Part shown: piece after piece, positions 1-9,283 of the stretch
Layout of the letters: the number at the start of each line of letters is the position of its first letter
How positions within the stretch are numbered: the first letter of the stretch is position 1
NCBI GenBank assembly: GCA_030586555.1
Contig: JAURAC010000022.1
Coordinates: forward strand, 1-56,056
DNA from: Candidatus Subterrananammoxibius californiae
Lineage (GTDB): Bacteria; Planctomycetota; Brocadiia; Brocadiales; Subterrananammoxibiaceae
Length of the DNA stretch: 56,056 nt
Direction: 5' to 3'
Made by a program: the position numbers and the translations under genes
The notes under the pieces: model-generated
The model's input: only the letters and a program-made list of their open reading frames with translations
The model's database searches: none
What the model was told of the DNA's origin: nothing

Positions 1-2
1 CA

Positions 3-989
3 TTTTTTGCTATCCTGGGACCGCTAAGCTATAAATCTGCCATCTCTTCGCTAAAGGAACAGGCGCAAAATCATTTGATATCCGTAAGGGAGATTAAAAA
101 GGGACAGATTGAAAGTTATTTCTCGGAAAGAAAAGGTGATGTGTGCGTATTATCCAAGAGTCCCTTAATAGTCGAAGGTCTCCCAAAATTTATCGAGACA
201 TTTCATTCAAGGGGTCCTACAAGCCCTGAGTATAAGCAGATAGAAGATACCTATGGAAATGAACTGGCTTACTACGTCAAGCAATACGGCTATCATGACC
301 TTATTTTAACAGATACCGATGGCGACATAGTCTTTGCAGCCGAAAATAAAGCCTATTTAGGTATTAACGTCACACAAGGCGGTATGGAGGGCTCTAACAT
401 TGTTCAGGCATTCAAGGCGGGGATGCTCAGGATAGAGCTTACAGATTTTGCTTATTATGAACCTTTTAACGAACTTACAGCCTTTATATCCGCCCCGGTA
501 AGGGACAAGGCGGGTAAAACAATCGGCGTATTAATCTTCCAGATACCCTTCAGACAGGTTGACAGGATTATGTCCGAGCGGGCAGGCCTTGGGGAAACCG
601 GTGAAACATACTTGGTAGGGGAGGATATGCTCATGCGCTCAAACTCCAGGTTTACGACTGAGGTTTCTGCACTCAAACTTCAGGTGGATACGGAGGCTGC
701 AAGGGATGCCATGGAAGGAAATGACGGGGTAAAGATTATCAGGGATTATCGTAACATTCCAGTTCTGAGCGCTTACGGAATCATTAACATAGAGAACTTT
801 TTCTGGGCAATACTTTGTGAAATTGATGCGTCTGAAGCCTTCAAACCAGCAATTAGACTAAGAAGATGGGCATTACTGATTGGGGGTTCAATAATCGGAG
901 GCATTGCAATATATGGCTACTTAATCTATCGGCGTTTCACTAACGAGTTAACGAGTCAGGACTCAAGTCTCAGAACTCAAGACTCGTGA
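3..989 (+). CDS. Membrane-anchored extracellular Cache (dCache-like) sensor-domain protein, 5'-partial
   Basis: Frame is open from position 3 to the window edge. Motifs GYHDLILTDTDGDIVF, DFAYYEP, GLGETGETYLVG..MRSNSRF, DYRNIPVLSAY, then one TM helix and a short tail with no HAMP, kinase or MCP domain. Confidence 0.75.
   Translation, partial: FFAILGPLSYKSAISSLKEQAQNHLISVREIKKGQIESYFSERKGDVCVLSKSPLIVEGLPKFIETFHSRGPTSPEYKQIEDTYGNELAYYVKQYGYHDLILTDTDGDIVFAAENKAYLGINVTQGGMEGSNIVQAFKAGMLRIELTDFAYYEPFNELTAFISAPVRDKAGKTIGVLIFQIPFRQVDRIMSERAGLGETGETYLVGEDMLMRSNSRFTTEVSALKLQVDTEAARDAMEGNDGVKIIRDYRNIPVLSAYGIINIENFFWAILCEIDASEAFKPAIRLRRWALLIGGSIIGGIAIYGYLIYRRFTNELTSQDSSLRTQDS
941..987. repeat. Short inverted 7-8-mer array (ACGAGT / GACTCAA units) encoding the Cache protein C-terminal tail
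   Basis: taacgagttaacgagtcaggactcaagtctcagaactcaagactcgt. Confidence 0.6.
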
Positions 990-1042
990 TTCTATATTAT
1001 GGCATGTTTTTTGCGCTATTTCGTATGGAAGAGGAAATAAAC

Positions 1043-1594
1043 ATGCAGGAAGCATCTTTTAACTATTATGGTGGAAATAAAGAATTTATGAAAGAACACA
1101 CCCATTATGCCGAGTTTTTGGGAAAGGTATTATGTGGATTTGCTTCAGGGTATGCATTTCTAATCCTTTTTGTCTTAGCCTTAGACGTCTCAAATATGAC
1201 CGTTGGCCGTATTGGACAGATTGGTGACCTGGTATCTGTAAGCTTTCCAGCACCATTCTCACCTCACAGAATTGTTTTGTGGAATACAAAGGTTGAAACA
1301 CTCGAACTGGCAAAGATTATTGTAACACTTTCACTCTTTGTAATCAGCTCGGTTATTTCCTGCACCATTTTCCTTCAGATAAAAAACATCTACAACGTTT
1401 TACTTATCCTTGGGCTGGAGTATTTACCCATCCCTCTTATAGGCAGTTATCTAAGGGCACAAGGCTTTGCGCTTTACTTTATGATGTTCATTATCGGGGT
1501 TTGTCTAATATGTTACTCGACCGCCTTAAGAACCTTCCTCAGAAACAAGAGTTACGAGTTGAGCGTTAAGAGTAGAGAGTTATACGACTCTTAA
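1043..1594 (+). CDS. Hypothetical multi-pass membrane protein
   Basis: ORF 986..1594 with about 4 hydrophobic segments. ATG 1043 is preceded by gaggaa and is the more plausible start. Confidence 0.55.
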   Translation: MQEASFNYYGGNKEFMKEHTHYAEFLGKVLCGFASGYAFLILFVLALDVSNMTVGRIGQIGDLVSVSFPAPFSPHRIVLWNTKVETLELAKIIVTLSLFVISSVISCTIFLQIKNIYNVLLILGLEYLPIPLIGSYLRAQGFALYFMMFIIGVCLICYSTALRTFLRNKSYELSVKSRELYDS

Positions 1595-1700
1595 TTCTAA
1601 ACTCGTACCGTTCCAATTAAATATGGCAAACAAAGGTAGGTCCCGTACCATTTCGGAACAGGATTGAAACAACACTCGCAACTCAGAACTCAGGACTCTT
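1548..1700. repeat. Inverted heptamer array (GAGTTAA/AACTC units) interrupted by a ccgttcc...ggaacagg element
   Basis: gagttacgagttgagcgttaagagtagagagtt / gactcttaattctaaactcgta ... aacactcgcaactcagaactcaggactc. Confidence 0.6.
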
Positions 1701-1701
1701 T

Positions 1702-2496
1702 ATGATTCTCGTCATGTCCGGAACAAAGGACGGAAAAGAGATTGTCCGCCTCCTTCACTCTAAAGGAATAAACGTAATTACGACCGTTGCTACGAGCTAT
1801 GGCAAGCAAATGTTTGAGGAGATAGGCCTTGGCAACATTTGCATACAGGGGAGATTGGATACAGATGAGCTTATTAAGTTTATGGAAAAGCACAATATAA
1901 AGACCGTTATAGACGCAACCCACCCATACGCCGCACAAGCCTCAATTAATGCCATAACGGCATGCCAGAAAAGAGGCATAGATTACATACGTTACGAAAG
2001 GGAAAGCACTCCCATTCCCGATTCGCAGCTTATCCACAGGGTAGCCAATATTGATGATGCGGTTGAGGCATGTAAAACACTCGGGAAAAGGATATTACTT
2101 ACTACAGGCTTTACAACCGTCTCAAAATTCATCTCCCTCACCCTGCCCTCTCCCCTTAGGGGAGAGGGAAAGGATGAGGGGGGCAAAAAAGAAATCATAG
2201 TGCGCATACTGCCAATCCCTGAACACATTAGTAAATGCCTCGAAATGGGCATACCACAATCAAACATTATCCCTGAAGAGGGACCATTTTCTACTGCCTC
2301 TAATATAAAAACATTTAGAGATTATAATATAGACGTGGTTGTTACAAAAGACAGCGGCAAGGAAGGCGGGACGCCGGAAAAGATTGAAGCTGCATTAAAA
2401 GAAAAAATCTATGTTGTACTCATCACCCGACTACATATCCAATTTCCGGTTGTATACTCATCCATAGAAGACCTATTAAAGCACCTGAATATTTAA
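1702..2496 (+). CDS. cobK: Precorrin-6A/cobalt-precorrin-6A reductase
   Basis: MILVMSGTKDG, IDATHPYA, YIRYER, GPFS, VVTKDSGKEGG..EKIEAA motifs of the CobK/CbiJ family. Confidence 0.92.
   Translation: MILVMSGTKDGKEIVRLLHSKGINVITTVATSYGKQMFEEIGLGNICIQGRLDTDELIKFMEKHNIKTVIDATHPYAAQASINAITACQKRGIDYIRYERESTPIPDSQLIHRVANIDDAVEACKTLGKRILLTTGFTTVSKFISLTLPSPLRGEGKDEGGKKEIIVRILPIPEHISKCLEMGIPQSNIIPEEGPFSTASNIKTFRDYNIDVVVTKDSGKEGGTPEKIEAALKEKIYVVLITRLHIQFPVVYSSIEDLLKHLNI
2133..2183. repeat. CCCTCACCCT/CCCTCTCCC-type palindrome, in-frame inside cobK
   Basis: ccctcaccctgccctctccccttaggggagagggaaaggatgaggg encodes SLTLPSPLRGEGKDEG. Confidence 0.85.
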
Positions 2497-2599
2497 AAAA
2501 AGATAACATTTAACCGCATAATATCGTAGAGCCTTTAACGTAAACATTCTGCGATTGTGGGGTTGAGATTTTTCAGGATTTAATAGACATGCTAATACC

Positions 2600-3016
2600 C
2601 TATTTACAAAACTCAGACCAGCTCAACGTTTTAATTCCGTGGTTGTTCGCTTTACCTTTAGCTTTTGTGTTTCTCTCGTCAATTACAAGGGGAAAACCTC
2701 TATTTAAGGCTATTGCCATTGCGGATGCTTCGCCAGCATCGATGCCTTTTTGCGTTAGAATTCGGAGATATTCCTCCGCCTCGTTATCTTGGAACTGTGT
2801 TATTACTTCAGGATTGCTTAAGACAAATTGTCGTAATGGGTCGTTCTTTTGAATCCTGGGATCGAACGCAACCTCGTACGCAACCTTTTCTGATAGTAGA
2901 ATCTCTTCCTTTTTTTGTTTCAGATATCTGATGCCCATATTTTTTTCAATATTTATAAGAGAACTGGAATCCATTACGTATTGCCAAAAAGTGCGAGTAA
3001 AAGCTTTCTTCTTCAT
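2600..3016 (-). CDS. PIN-domain protein (putative toxin)
   Basis: YVMDSSSLIN...IDAGEASAMAIA...LVIDE pattern of PIN-like nucleases. Confidence 0.7.
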   Translation of the reverse strand: MKKKAFTRTFWQYVMDSSSLINIEKNMGIRYLKQKKEEILLSEKVAYEVAFDPRIQKNDPLRQFVLSNPEVITQFQDNEAEEYLRILTQKGIDAGEASAMAIALNRGFPLVIDERNTKAKGKANNHGIKTLSWSEFCK

Positions 3017-3031
3017 TATTTGTTAAGATTG

Positions 3032-4132
3032 TTAATTACTTCGCTTTTCAATTTCCTTCATGGCTTCTCTGATAGTAATGCGTAGACCGTGCGCAAGCTT
3101 ACCAGTAGAAATTAACCCCTTCTGATAAGCCTCAAAGGCTGTTATCACAAATTTCTTACCAAGCTGTTTTTCCCATTTCGGAGTCCGAGAGCGCCTAAAG
3201 AATTGCGGTTTACTTTCAAAAAGTGTATCGGTGTATCCCTTTTCTATTAACCTAAAATTTTCTAATCTATAACCCAAAGCTTGAATACTTACACCCCATT
3301 TGTAACTCATTTTACCTAATTCTTGTTGAGTAGGCGTTTTTGAAAGGTTTCTTCTCCTAAAATCTTTTATCACGCCCCGCTCAGGCAATAACAATTCAAT
3401 TGCCACCTGGTGAGCTTTATATTCTAAATCTCTATGAGGTTCAATTTTTAGAGGGATGTAGCAGAGAGAGGAACCATGCCCATAAAGAAGATGTGCAATT
3501 TCATGAACCAAAGTAAAGTTTTTTCTTCCTTTCGTCTCTTCGGCATTAAGTAAGACGCATGGACCGTATTCTGCGTGCCAGAATGAAAAGCCGGAAAAGA
3601 CATCTTCAGGAACGGGGTACTCAAAGATACGAACACCTTCATTTTCTAAAATAGTTCTTAACTCAGTTATAGGTTTATCATCGGCATTAAACTTTTTCCT
3701 CAGACTTTGAGCAATTATTTCTGGAGAGTCAGACTCTTTGAAGTGGGGAAGTTTAACTTCTAACCTTTTGTTTAGAAGAGTTTCAAACTCAAGAGCAGTT
3801 CGACACATTTCATCAAATCTCGCAAGAACAATCCTCGTTTCTTTGGATAGTGTTTTTAGAGTTTGACCATGTTTCCCACGAAATTCTATTCTCTCTGGCG
3901 GTGGGGGTGTTCTCTTTAAAAAATAGTCTATCTCCCTACCATAAAGTTCAGCTAATTTTTCAAGTTGCTTCAAATTGGGTTGTAATCGCTCTTTTTCCCA
4001 ACCAAGTATATCTTGCGGACTAACGTTAAGTTTGGATGCTATTTCCTCAAGTGTCAACTGCAGTAATTCTCTTGCTCTCTGTAATTGAGATCCAATGATA
4101 ACGCTTTCTTTAGATTCTGTCCCATTAGTCAT
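3032..4132 (-). CDS. XRE-family HTH fused to ImmA/IrrE-like Zn metallopeptidase
   Basis: N-terminal HTH (LQRARELLQLTLEEIASKL) and RKNFTLVHEIAHLL HExxH motif. Confidence 0.85.
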   Translation of the reverse strand: MTNGTESKESVIIGSQLQRARELLQLTLEEIASKLNVSPQDILGWEKERLQPNLKQLEKLAELYGREIDYFLKRTPPPPERIEFRGKHGQTLKTLSKETRIVLARFDEMCRTALEFETLLNKRLEVKLPHFKESDSPEIIAQSLRKKFNADDKPITELRTILENEGVRIFEYPVPEDVFSGFSFWHAEYGPCVLLNAEETKGRKNFTLVHEIAHLLYGHGSSLCYIPLKIEPHRDLEYKAHQVAIELLLPERGVIKDFRRRNLSKTPTQQELGKMSYKWGVSIQALGYRLENFRLIEKGYTDTLFESKPQFFRRSRTPKWEKQLGKKFVITAFEAYQKGLISTGKLAHGLRITIREAMKEIEKRSN

Positions 4133-4282
4133 AATTCACCCTTGAATACATTCCTTAAGATTGCCTGTAGTAAGGCATGTATGGTTTTAAAATCAGTGTA
4201 GCTAACAACATCACCGCAAAATTATAACATGTTGGGTGTCTTGTTCCAATCTTTTTTCGTTAAGACGGGGCTTTTAACGGGG

Positions 4283-4310
4283 TTGACATACCCAAAATAG
4301 GTGTTATAAT
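4283..4310 (+). promoter_or_regulatory. Sigma70-type promoter, probably giving a leaderless mRNA
   Basis: TTGACA 4283-4288, 16-nt spacer, TATAAT 4305-4310, ATG at 4317 and no SD sequence. Confidence 0.75.
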
Positions 4311-4316
4311 TCGAGT

Positions 4317-5840
4317 ATGAAACGTTTTGTAATATATGGCTTTGCAGTGGGAATAGTAGGGGGATTCTTTATCGGAATATTTTCAGGCAACCTCAGGCAG
4401 CCAGTAGAAAGTCCCCCAGAAAAGCTTGAGCACGGACAAACAAGTTTGTCCATGCCACCCAAACCTGAGCATGAAAAAACAAGTATTCCCATTCCGCAAT
4501 CCGAAATCCGCATTCCCCAATCCGAAAACTGGTCTAATGTTTTAATAACACTTGAAGATGCGTGTAAGAAAAAAGACTGGAAAGCCTTTATCCAAACATT
4601 GGAAGGAATTCAGGGCGATGAGAAGTATCCTTTGCCGGGTATAGTAAGTCTTCTCAAGAATGGGTTTGCTCAATCAGTTATTACTTCCATCCAGGATATG
4701 GATATTAGGGATGCACTCTTCATAGCCGAGGATATCGTAAAAGGTAATAGCAGCAAGCACCAGAAGATGGAGATATTAAGAACTATCGGCGAAAAGGGCA
4801 AGGACGTTACTCCATTGCTTAAGTGGGTATTAGAAAACGAAAAAGACATGCAACTATCTGTTCTAACTTTAAATGCGATGGGAGAGACAAAAGACCCAGA
4901 ACTTTTACCTTTTCTGTTGAATTATGCGCAAAAACAGCACGAAATGCCACTGAGGCTCGCCGCAATAGAGGCTTTTGAGAATTTCGATTCAAATGCCATT
5001 GAGTATCTTGAGTCCCTTTTGTCCACCTCAGGCGGACAATCCACCTTTGGCGGAGCGGGGAAAAACGAACAGATTGTGTTAAAAAGCGCCATTATTGAGA
5101 CGTTGGGCAACATTGGAAGCAGTGAGGCCGCTTCTCTCCTATCTAACCTGGCAAGAAATCAAGAGGGTTTAAAAAATGAGGATAGTTATATCCTTCAACA
5201 GGATGCAATTACGGCATTAGGGGAGATAGGCAGCCCTGAAGCCCTTTTGTCCATTGGCGAGATTATTACCAATGAAGGAATGGATGCACAGTTAAGAGGT
5301 TTAGCCCTCGATACGCTTGCGAGAGTGAAGAAAGACGAGAGCATTCCAATCCTTGAAGCTATTATAAATGATAGGACTATCCATGAACAGGAACTAAAGA
5401 AAGATGCAATTAGTGCTCTCGGAGATATTAAAGAACCAGAAGCTGTTTCTTTCCTTGCCGAACTCATTACAAAACCGAATAATGAAATACCCGTCCCTCT
5501 GCAAATGGAGGCATTAAGCGCCATGGGTAGAATTGGGGGTTCTGAAACGGTCCCGGTGCTGGAAACAATTATCAACAATGCGTATGTGGATAGTGAGGTT
5601 AGAAAGGATGCAATATTTACGCTTGGCAAAGTAGGAACGGACATGGCGGCCTCGGCGCTCGAAAGGATTGTTAACGACTCATCAGACCCAATCTTCACCA
5701 GAACAGCCTTGCGGGGGCTTCAAAAGATTGGAAATAGCTACGCACTCTCAATAATAGAAAGCGCCGCACGGGAGCATCCATCAGAGGAAATTCGTTTGAT
5801 AGCATCTAAATTACTTGAGACACCAAAATATTCTCGGTAA
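4317..5840 (+). CDS. Membrane-anchored HEAT/PBS-lyase-like repeat protein
   Basis: N-terminal TM segment followed by many repeats of the type AIxALGxIG..EAxxxL. Confidence 0.8.
   Translation: MKRFVIYGFAVGIVGGFFIGIFSGNLRQPVESPPEKLEHGQTSLSMPPKPEHEKTSIPIPQSEIRIPQSENWSNVLITLEDACKKKDWKAFIQTLEGIQGDEKYPLPGIVSLLKNGFAQSVITSIQDMDIRDALFIAEDIVKGNSSKHQKMEILRTIGEKGKDVTPLLKWVLENEKDMQLSVLTLNAMGETKDPELLPFLLNYAQKQHEMPLRLAAIEAFENFDSNAIEYLESLLSTSGGQSTFGGAGKNEQIVLKSAIIETLGNIGSSEAASLLSNLARNQEGLKNEDSYILQQDAITALGEIGSPEALLSIGEIITNEGMDAQLRGLALDTLARVKKDESIPILEAIINDRTIHEQELKKDAISALGDIKEPEAVSFLAELITKPNNEIPVPLQMEALSAMGRIGGSETVPVLETIINNAYVDSEVRKDAIFTLGKVGTDMAASALERIVNDSSDPIFTRTALRGLQKIGNSYALSIIESAAREHPSEEIRLIASKLLETPKYSR
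4431..4460 (-). repeat. GGGTGGCATGGACAAAC-family hairpin, in-frame in the HEAT protein
   Basis: 30 nt identical to the reverse complement of 39025-39054. Encodes HGQTSLSMPP. Confidence 0.9.
4485..4527 (+). repeat. Heptamer array (AATCCGC/ATTCCGC), in-frame
   Basis: attccc attccgc aatccga aatccgc attcccc aatccga encodes IPIPQSEIRIPQSE. Confidence 0.75.
5021..5054. repeat. Two tandem TCCRCCT..GGCGGA mini-hairpins, in-frame
   Basis: gtccacctcaggcggac and tccacctttggcgga encode STSGGQSTFGG. Same core at 47199-47216. Confidence 0.75.
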
Positions 5841-6053
5841 CCCACTCCGTAGCTCTTGATGTAAATTGGAAGATTGGGGAAAAGCACGTGATATGGAATG
5901 TGCTTTTTTCTCTTGCTTTTGTAGAACTTATCTGTCATATATTAGAGTAGGGATTTGATATATCAAGACCCTACATCACAAATAAACACCTTAAGGCTCA
6001 CTTGCATTGAGAAAAGCAAAGTTAAAGGCTTATCGTATGTGCGGAGGACCGCA

Positions 6054-6299
6054 GTGACAACCTCTACTAAAAGTTCTTATCGTATCCTTACAATATGGGC
6101 AATGGTAATTGCCATTATTGCAATAACTATTTTTGTAATCTTAGAAATAGGGAAGATTGACAATCTTCCCTATCCCAGCAACATCGGCAAGGGCTTAATG
6201 GCATGGCTAAAGGGGGTGATATTGAGTCAGGCAGTCTTACTGATAGGAGGCCTATTTCTCTTTATGTTGAGAAATAGGAGGTGTTCTGGCAGCGATTAG
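6054..6299 (+). CDS. Small two-TM membrane protein
   Basis: ORF 5955..6299. GTG 6054 follows ggagga. Two hydrophobic segments. Confidence 0.55.
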   Translation: MTTSTKSSYRILTIWAMVIAIIAITIFVILEIGKIDNLPYPSNIGKGLMAWLKGVILSQAVLLIGGLFLFMLRNRRCSGSD

Positions 6300-6459
6300 C
6301 CTACTTTTTTATAAGAAAACAGGCAAAAACATTTAATATCTTCCAATACATTAGCCGCATTTGGATAAAGTTCTTTTGCTCATCCAAAAGATTGCGAGTT
6401 CGCCATTACGTGGGTGGACTTACTCTTTTTTCAATAAAAGTAAGAAGGAGGGGTTAATT

Positions 6460-6756
6460 GTGGGGACTATTACAAAAAAGGATTTATGTGAAAGAGTAGC
6501 AAGAAGGACAGATAATAAGAACGTAAAAACCAAAGAAGGCATTCAAACTTTTCTTGATGAAGTAATTAGCGAGTTAAGCAAGGGCAACCGAATAGAGTTG
6601 CGTGATTTTGGCGTGTTTGAAATCAGGAAACGTGCTGCACGAAAAGCCAGAAACCCAAGAACCGGAGAGGAAGCCTATGTGCCTCCCAAAAACGTTGTGG
6701 TATTCAAGGTTGGGAAATTAATGAAAGAAAAAGTTTGCAACATGCAGATAACGTAG
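6460..6756 (+). CDS. HU/IHF family DNA-binding protein
   Basis: ITKKDL...GNRIELRDFGVFEIRKRAARKARNPRTGEE...VVFKVGK. GTG 6460 follows aaggagg. Confidence 0.92.
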   Translation: MGTITKKDLCERVARRTDNKNVKTKEGIQTFLDEVISELSKGNRIELRDFGVFEIRKRAARKARNPRTGEEAYVPPKNVVVFKVGKLMKEKVCNMQIT

Positions 6757-6781
6757 CGAGGTTTTATATGCCTCGGAATGT

Positions 6782-6846
6782 GGTAGACAACGTGGTTTTA
6801 CCTCGTTGATGCCTTCGTTCAACGGACATAAAGTCCGTTGTCTACC
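6782..6846. repeat. GGTAGACAAC-family REP-like inverted doublet
   Basis: ggtagacaacgtggttttacctcgttgat ... tcaacggacataaagtccgttgtctacc. Related copies at 15958-16024, 24558-24584, 52058-52087, 54478-54501, 54624-54676. Confidence 0.85.
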
Positions 6847-6869
6847 TTTTTAAAAAAACGTAAATAAGT

Positions 6870-7307
6870 ATGGAAGAAAAGGGTATTATAAAAGATATAA
6901 AAGGCAACACTGCCGTAGTAGAAATCCAAAAGAAGGCATCGGATGAATGCTCAAGATGTGGCATATGTGCAAGCGCTGGAGATACCACAAAAATAATGCG
7001 TGTGGATTGCGTTCCGGGACTCACTATCGGTCAGAAAGTTACATTGGAAATAACAGGACCTTCCGCTTATAAAGGCATTCTTTTACTCTTTGTAGCGCCA
7101 ATAGTCGCCTTCATTACTGGAGGAATCGTCGGGCAACATGTAACCTTCGTATTTCCCTCCTCAGAAAACCTGAGGATAGGTATCTTCGGACTGGCTTTTA
7201 TAGCCTTGTGTATGTTTTGCGTTCATCTTTACGACAGGCGCCTCAGAGCAAGAAAATTCATCCCAAAGATTATCTCCATAGATGCATTACCAGCCCATTC
7301 AACATAA
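6870..7307 (+). CDS. RseC/MucC family protein
   Basis: MEEKGII...CSRCGIC motif followed by two TM helices. Confidence 0.8.
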   Translation: MEEKGIIKDIKGNTAVVEIQKKASDECSRCGICASAGDTTKIMRVDCVPGLTIGQKVTLEITGPSAYKGILLLFVAPIVAFITGGIVGQHVTFVFPSSENLRIGIFGLAFIALCMFCVHLYDRRLRARKFIPKIISIDALPAHST

Positions 7308-7361
7308 ATAGCCGATAGTACATGCAAGTACTATGAACTATGGGCTATGAACTAAACAACC

Positions 7362-8558
7362 TTGAAGGAAATAAGAAAAGAAACTATAAGGGAATACGTC
7401 GAAACGCATGCAGAGGAAATGGTTCAGATTACCTGCGAACTAATCAGCGCAAGGACTGAAAATCCCCCCGGCGACGAAAAGCTTGCCGCCAATGCGGTTG
7501 AGCAATATCTTAAACGTTACGGCATCAAATATGAAACCTATGAAAAGATGCCCCGCAGGACAAATATTGTTGCTCGTGTAGGAAAGGGAAGCCCTTCTCT
7601 CCTTGTTGCATGCCATCTGGATGTTGTCCCAGCTGGGGATGGCTGGGAGATGAATCCTTTTGAACCTAAGATTACTAACGGCAGGATATATGGCAGAGGC
7701 GCTTGCGACAACAAAGGACAAATGGCATCTATGCTTGTTCTCACCAGATTCCTTAAGGAATATGTAGGGGCGAACGGCCGTTCGCCCCTGTGCGGGACTT
7801 TTATACTCGTTGGCGCCGCCGATGAGGAAAGAGGTTCTGCTTTTGGATTAGAATACCTGCTGAGCGAATGTAATGTTAGTGCCGATTACGCAATAATTCC
7901 AGACGTCTCACATAACATGAGATTAATTGATGTCTCGGAAAAAGGGAACTTGTTTTTAGAAATTGTATCTTATGGGAAACAAGCTCATGGCTCAACGCCA
8001 GAAAAGGGTATTAACGCTATATGGAATATGATAGAACTACTGAATCAACTCAAGGAAATGAAGTTTAGCTGCACCTCGCATCCCTTGCACACGCCTCCTA
8101 CTATGAACCTCGGTGGCATTCAGGGAGGGGCAGCGCCAAATATTGTCCCTGGAAAATGCAAGGCATCCCTCGACATACGCTACCTTCCTGGAGAAAAGAA
8201 ACAAGACGTCCTTAACAAAATACACGATGCCTTTGAGGCTGTTAAGAAGAAAAACGCTACTGCAAACTTTGAACTTACAACCATTCAGGATTTACCCCCC
8301 ACAGAAGTTCCCATTAACAACCCCCTCGTCAAACTAATTACAAGGCATGTTGAAGCAGTCCTGGGTGTAAAGCCAGAGGCTAAAGGACTCTCAGGAACGA
8401 CCGTCGTCAAGCAACTATTGCAGAAGGGTGTTACCGCCGTAGGCTTCGGTCCCGGAGACGAAGGTCAAGCCCACATCGCAAACGAATCCATAAGCATCCA
8501 GGAACTCAAGGACTTCGCAGTCATTATGGGACTAATCACTTTAGACTTGTTGAAATAG
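7362..8558 (+). CDS. M20 family metallopeptidase (ArgE/DapE-like)
   Basis: CHLDVVP, YGRGACDNKG, DEERG, AHGSTP, GPG...AHIANE motifs. Confidence 0.9.
   Translation: MKEIRKETIREYVETHAEEMVQITCELISARTENPPGDEKLAANAVEQYLKRYGIKYETYEKMPRRTNIVARVGKGSPSLLVACHLDVVPAGDGWEMNPFEPKITNGRIYGRGACDNKGQMASMLVLTRFLKEYVGANGRSPLCGTFILVGAADEERGSAFGLEYLLSECNVSADYAIIPDVSHNMRLIDVSEKGNLFLEIVSYGKQAHGSTPEKGINAIWNMIELLNQLKEMKFSCTSHPLHTPPTMNLGGIQGGAAPNIVPGKCKASLDIRYLPGEKKQDVLNKIHDAFEAVKKKNATANFELTTIQDLPPTEVPINNPLVKLITRHVEAVLGVKPEAKGLSGTTVVKQLLQKGVTAVGFGPGDEGQAHIANESISIQELKDFAVIMGLITLDLLK
7764..7790. repeat. GTAGGGGC-family REP-like hairpin, in-frame in the M20 peptidase
   Basis: gtaggggcgaacggccgttcgcccctg encodes VGANGRSPL. 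Near-identical to 49626-49653. Confidence 0.88.
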
Positions 8559-8794
8559 TTACAATCCGCCAAAAGTAATTTTTACAAGTGAAATCACGTA
8601 AAACTTACACACATACTTGCATCAAATAAATATTACGCCTTTCATCTCTCTCTCTATTGTTAAATATAACCATCAACTTTACCAAGATTTACGTAAAACT
8701 TTTTTTTGTATTATTTGTGGCATTATCCTTGCGCTCCTTTACTTATAGTAGAAACGGTTATAAAACAAGACTTTAGAAAAGGAGGGGGTAAAAG

Positions 8795-9208
8795 ATGCAA
8801 AAAGGAGACAAATTAAGTTGCTCAAAGGTGTTAAAAACCAAAATCCTTGTAATTGATGATGACATAAACATTTGCTGGGTGCTTGAGAGAGAATTTGAAC
8901 TTGATGGTTCGTTTGATGCCCTGAGCATTCAGAATGCATTCATGGCTGGGGCAAAGCTTGAGGAATTTAAACCAGATATCGTCTTGTTAGACACACATCT
9001 TGATGGCATAGACGGCCGGGATGTATGCAAATTTCTCAAGCAAAATGCAGAGTTCAAGGATATTAAGATTATTGGCATGTCAGGTATTTATCTGCAAGAG
9101 GAAATAACAGGACAAGATGGTAACGGATTTGATGCCTTCCTCAAAAAGCCGTTTAAATTTAGTGAGTTAAAGAAAAAGATTCACAAGCTTTTAAAATACC
9201 ACAATTGA
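8795..9208 (+). CDS. Stand-alone response regulator receiver protein
   Basis: ILVIDDD, PDIVLLD, MSG and KKPF motifs with no output domain. Confidence 0.85.
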   Translation: MQKGDKLSCSKVLKTKILVIDDDINICWVLEREFELDGSFDALSIQNAFMAGAKLEEFKPDIVLLDTHLDGIDGRDVCKFLKQNAEFKDIKIIGMSGIYLQEEITGQDGNGFDAFLKKPFKFSELKKKIHKLLKYHN

Positions 9209-9283
9209 GTCAGCAAGTTTGTGGTCTTAACACGTAATTCTTAACTTTTGAACTTTTCAACCATTAGCAGGAGGAGATAAAAA

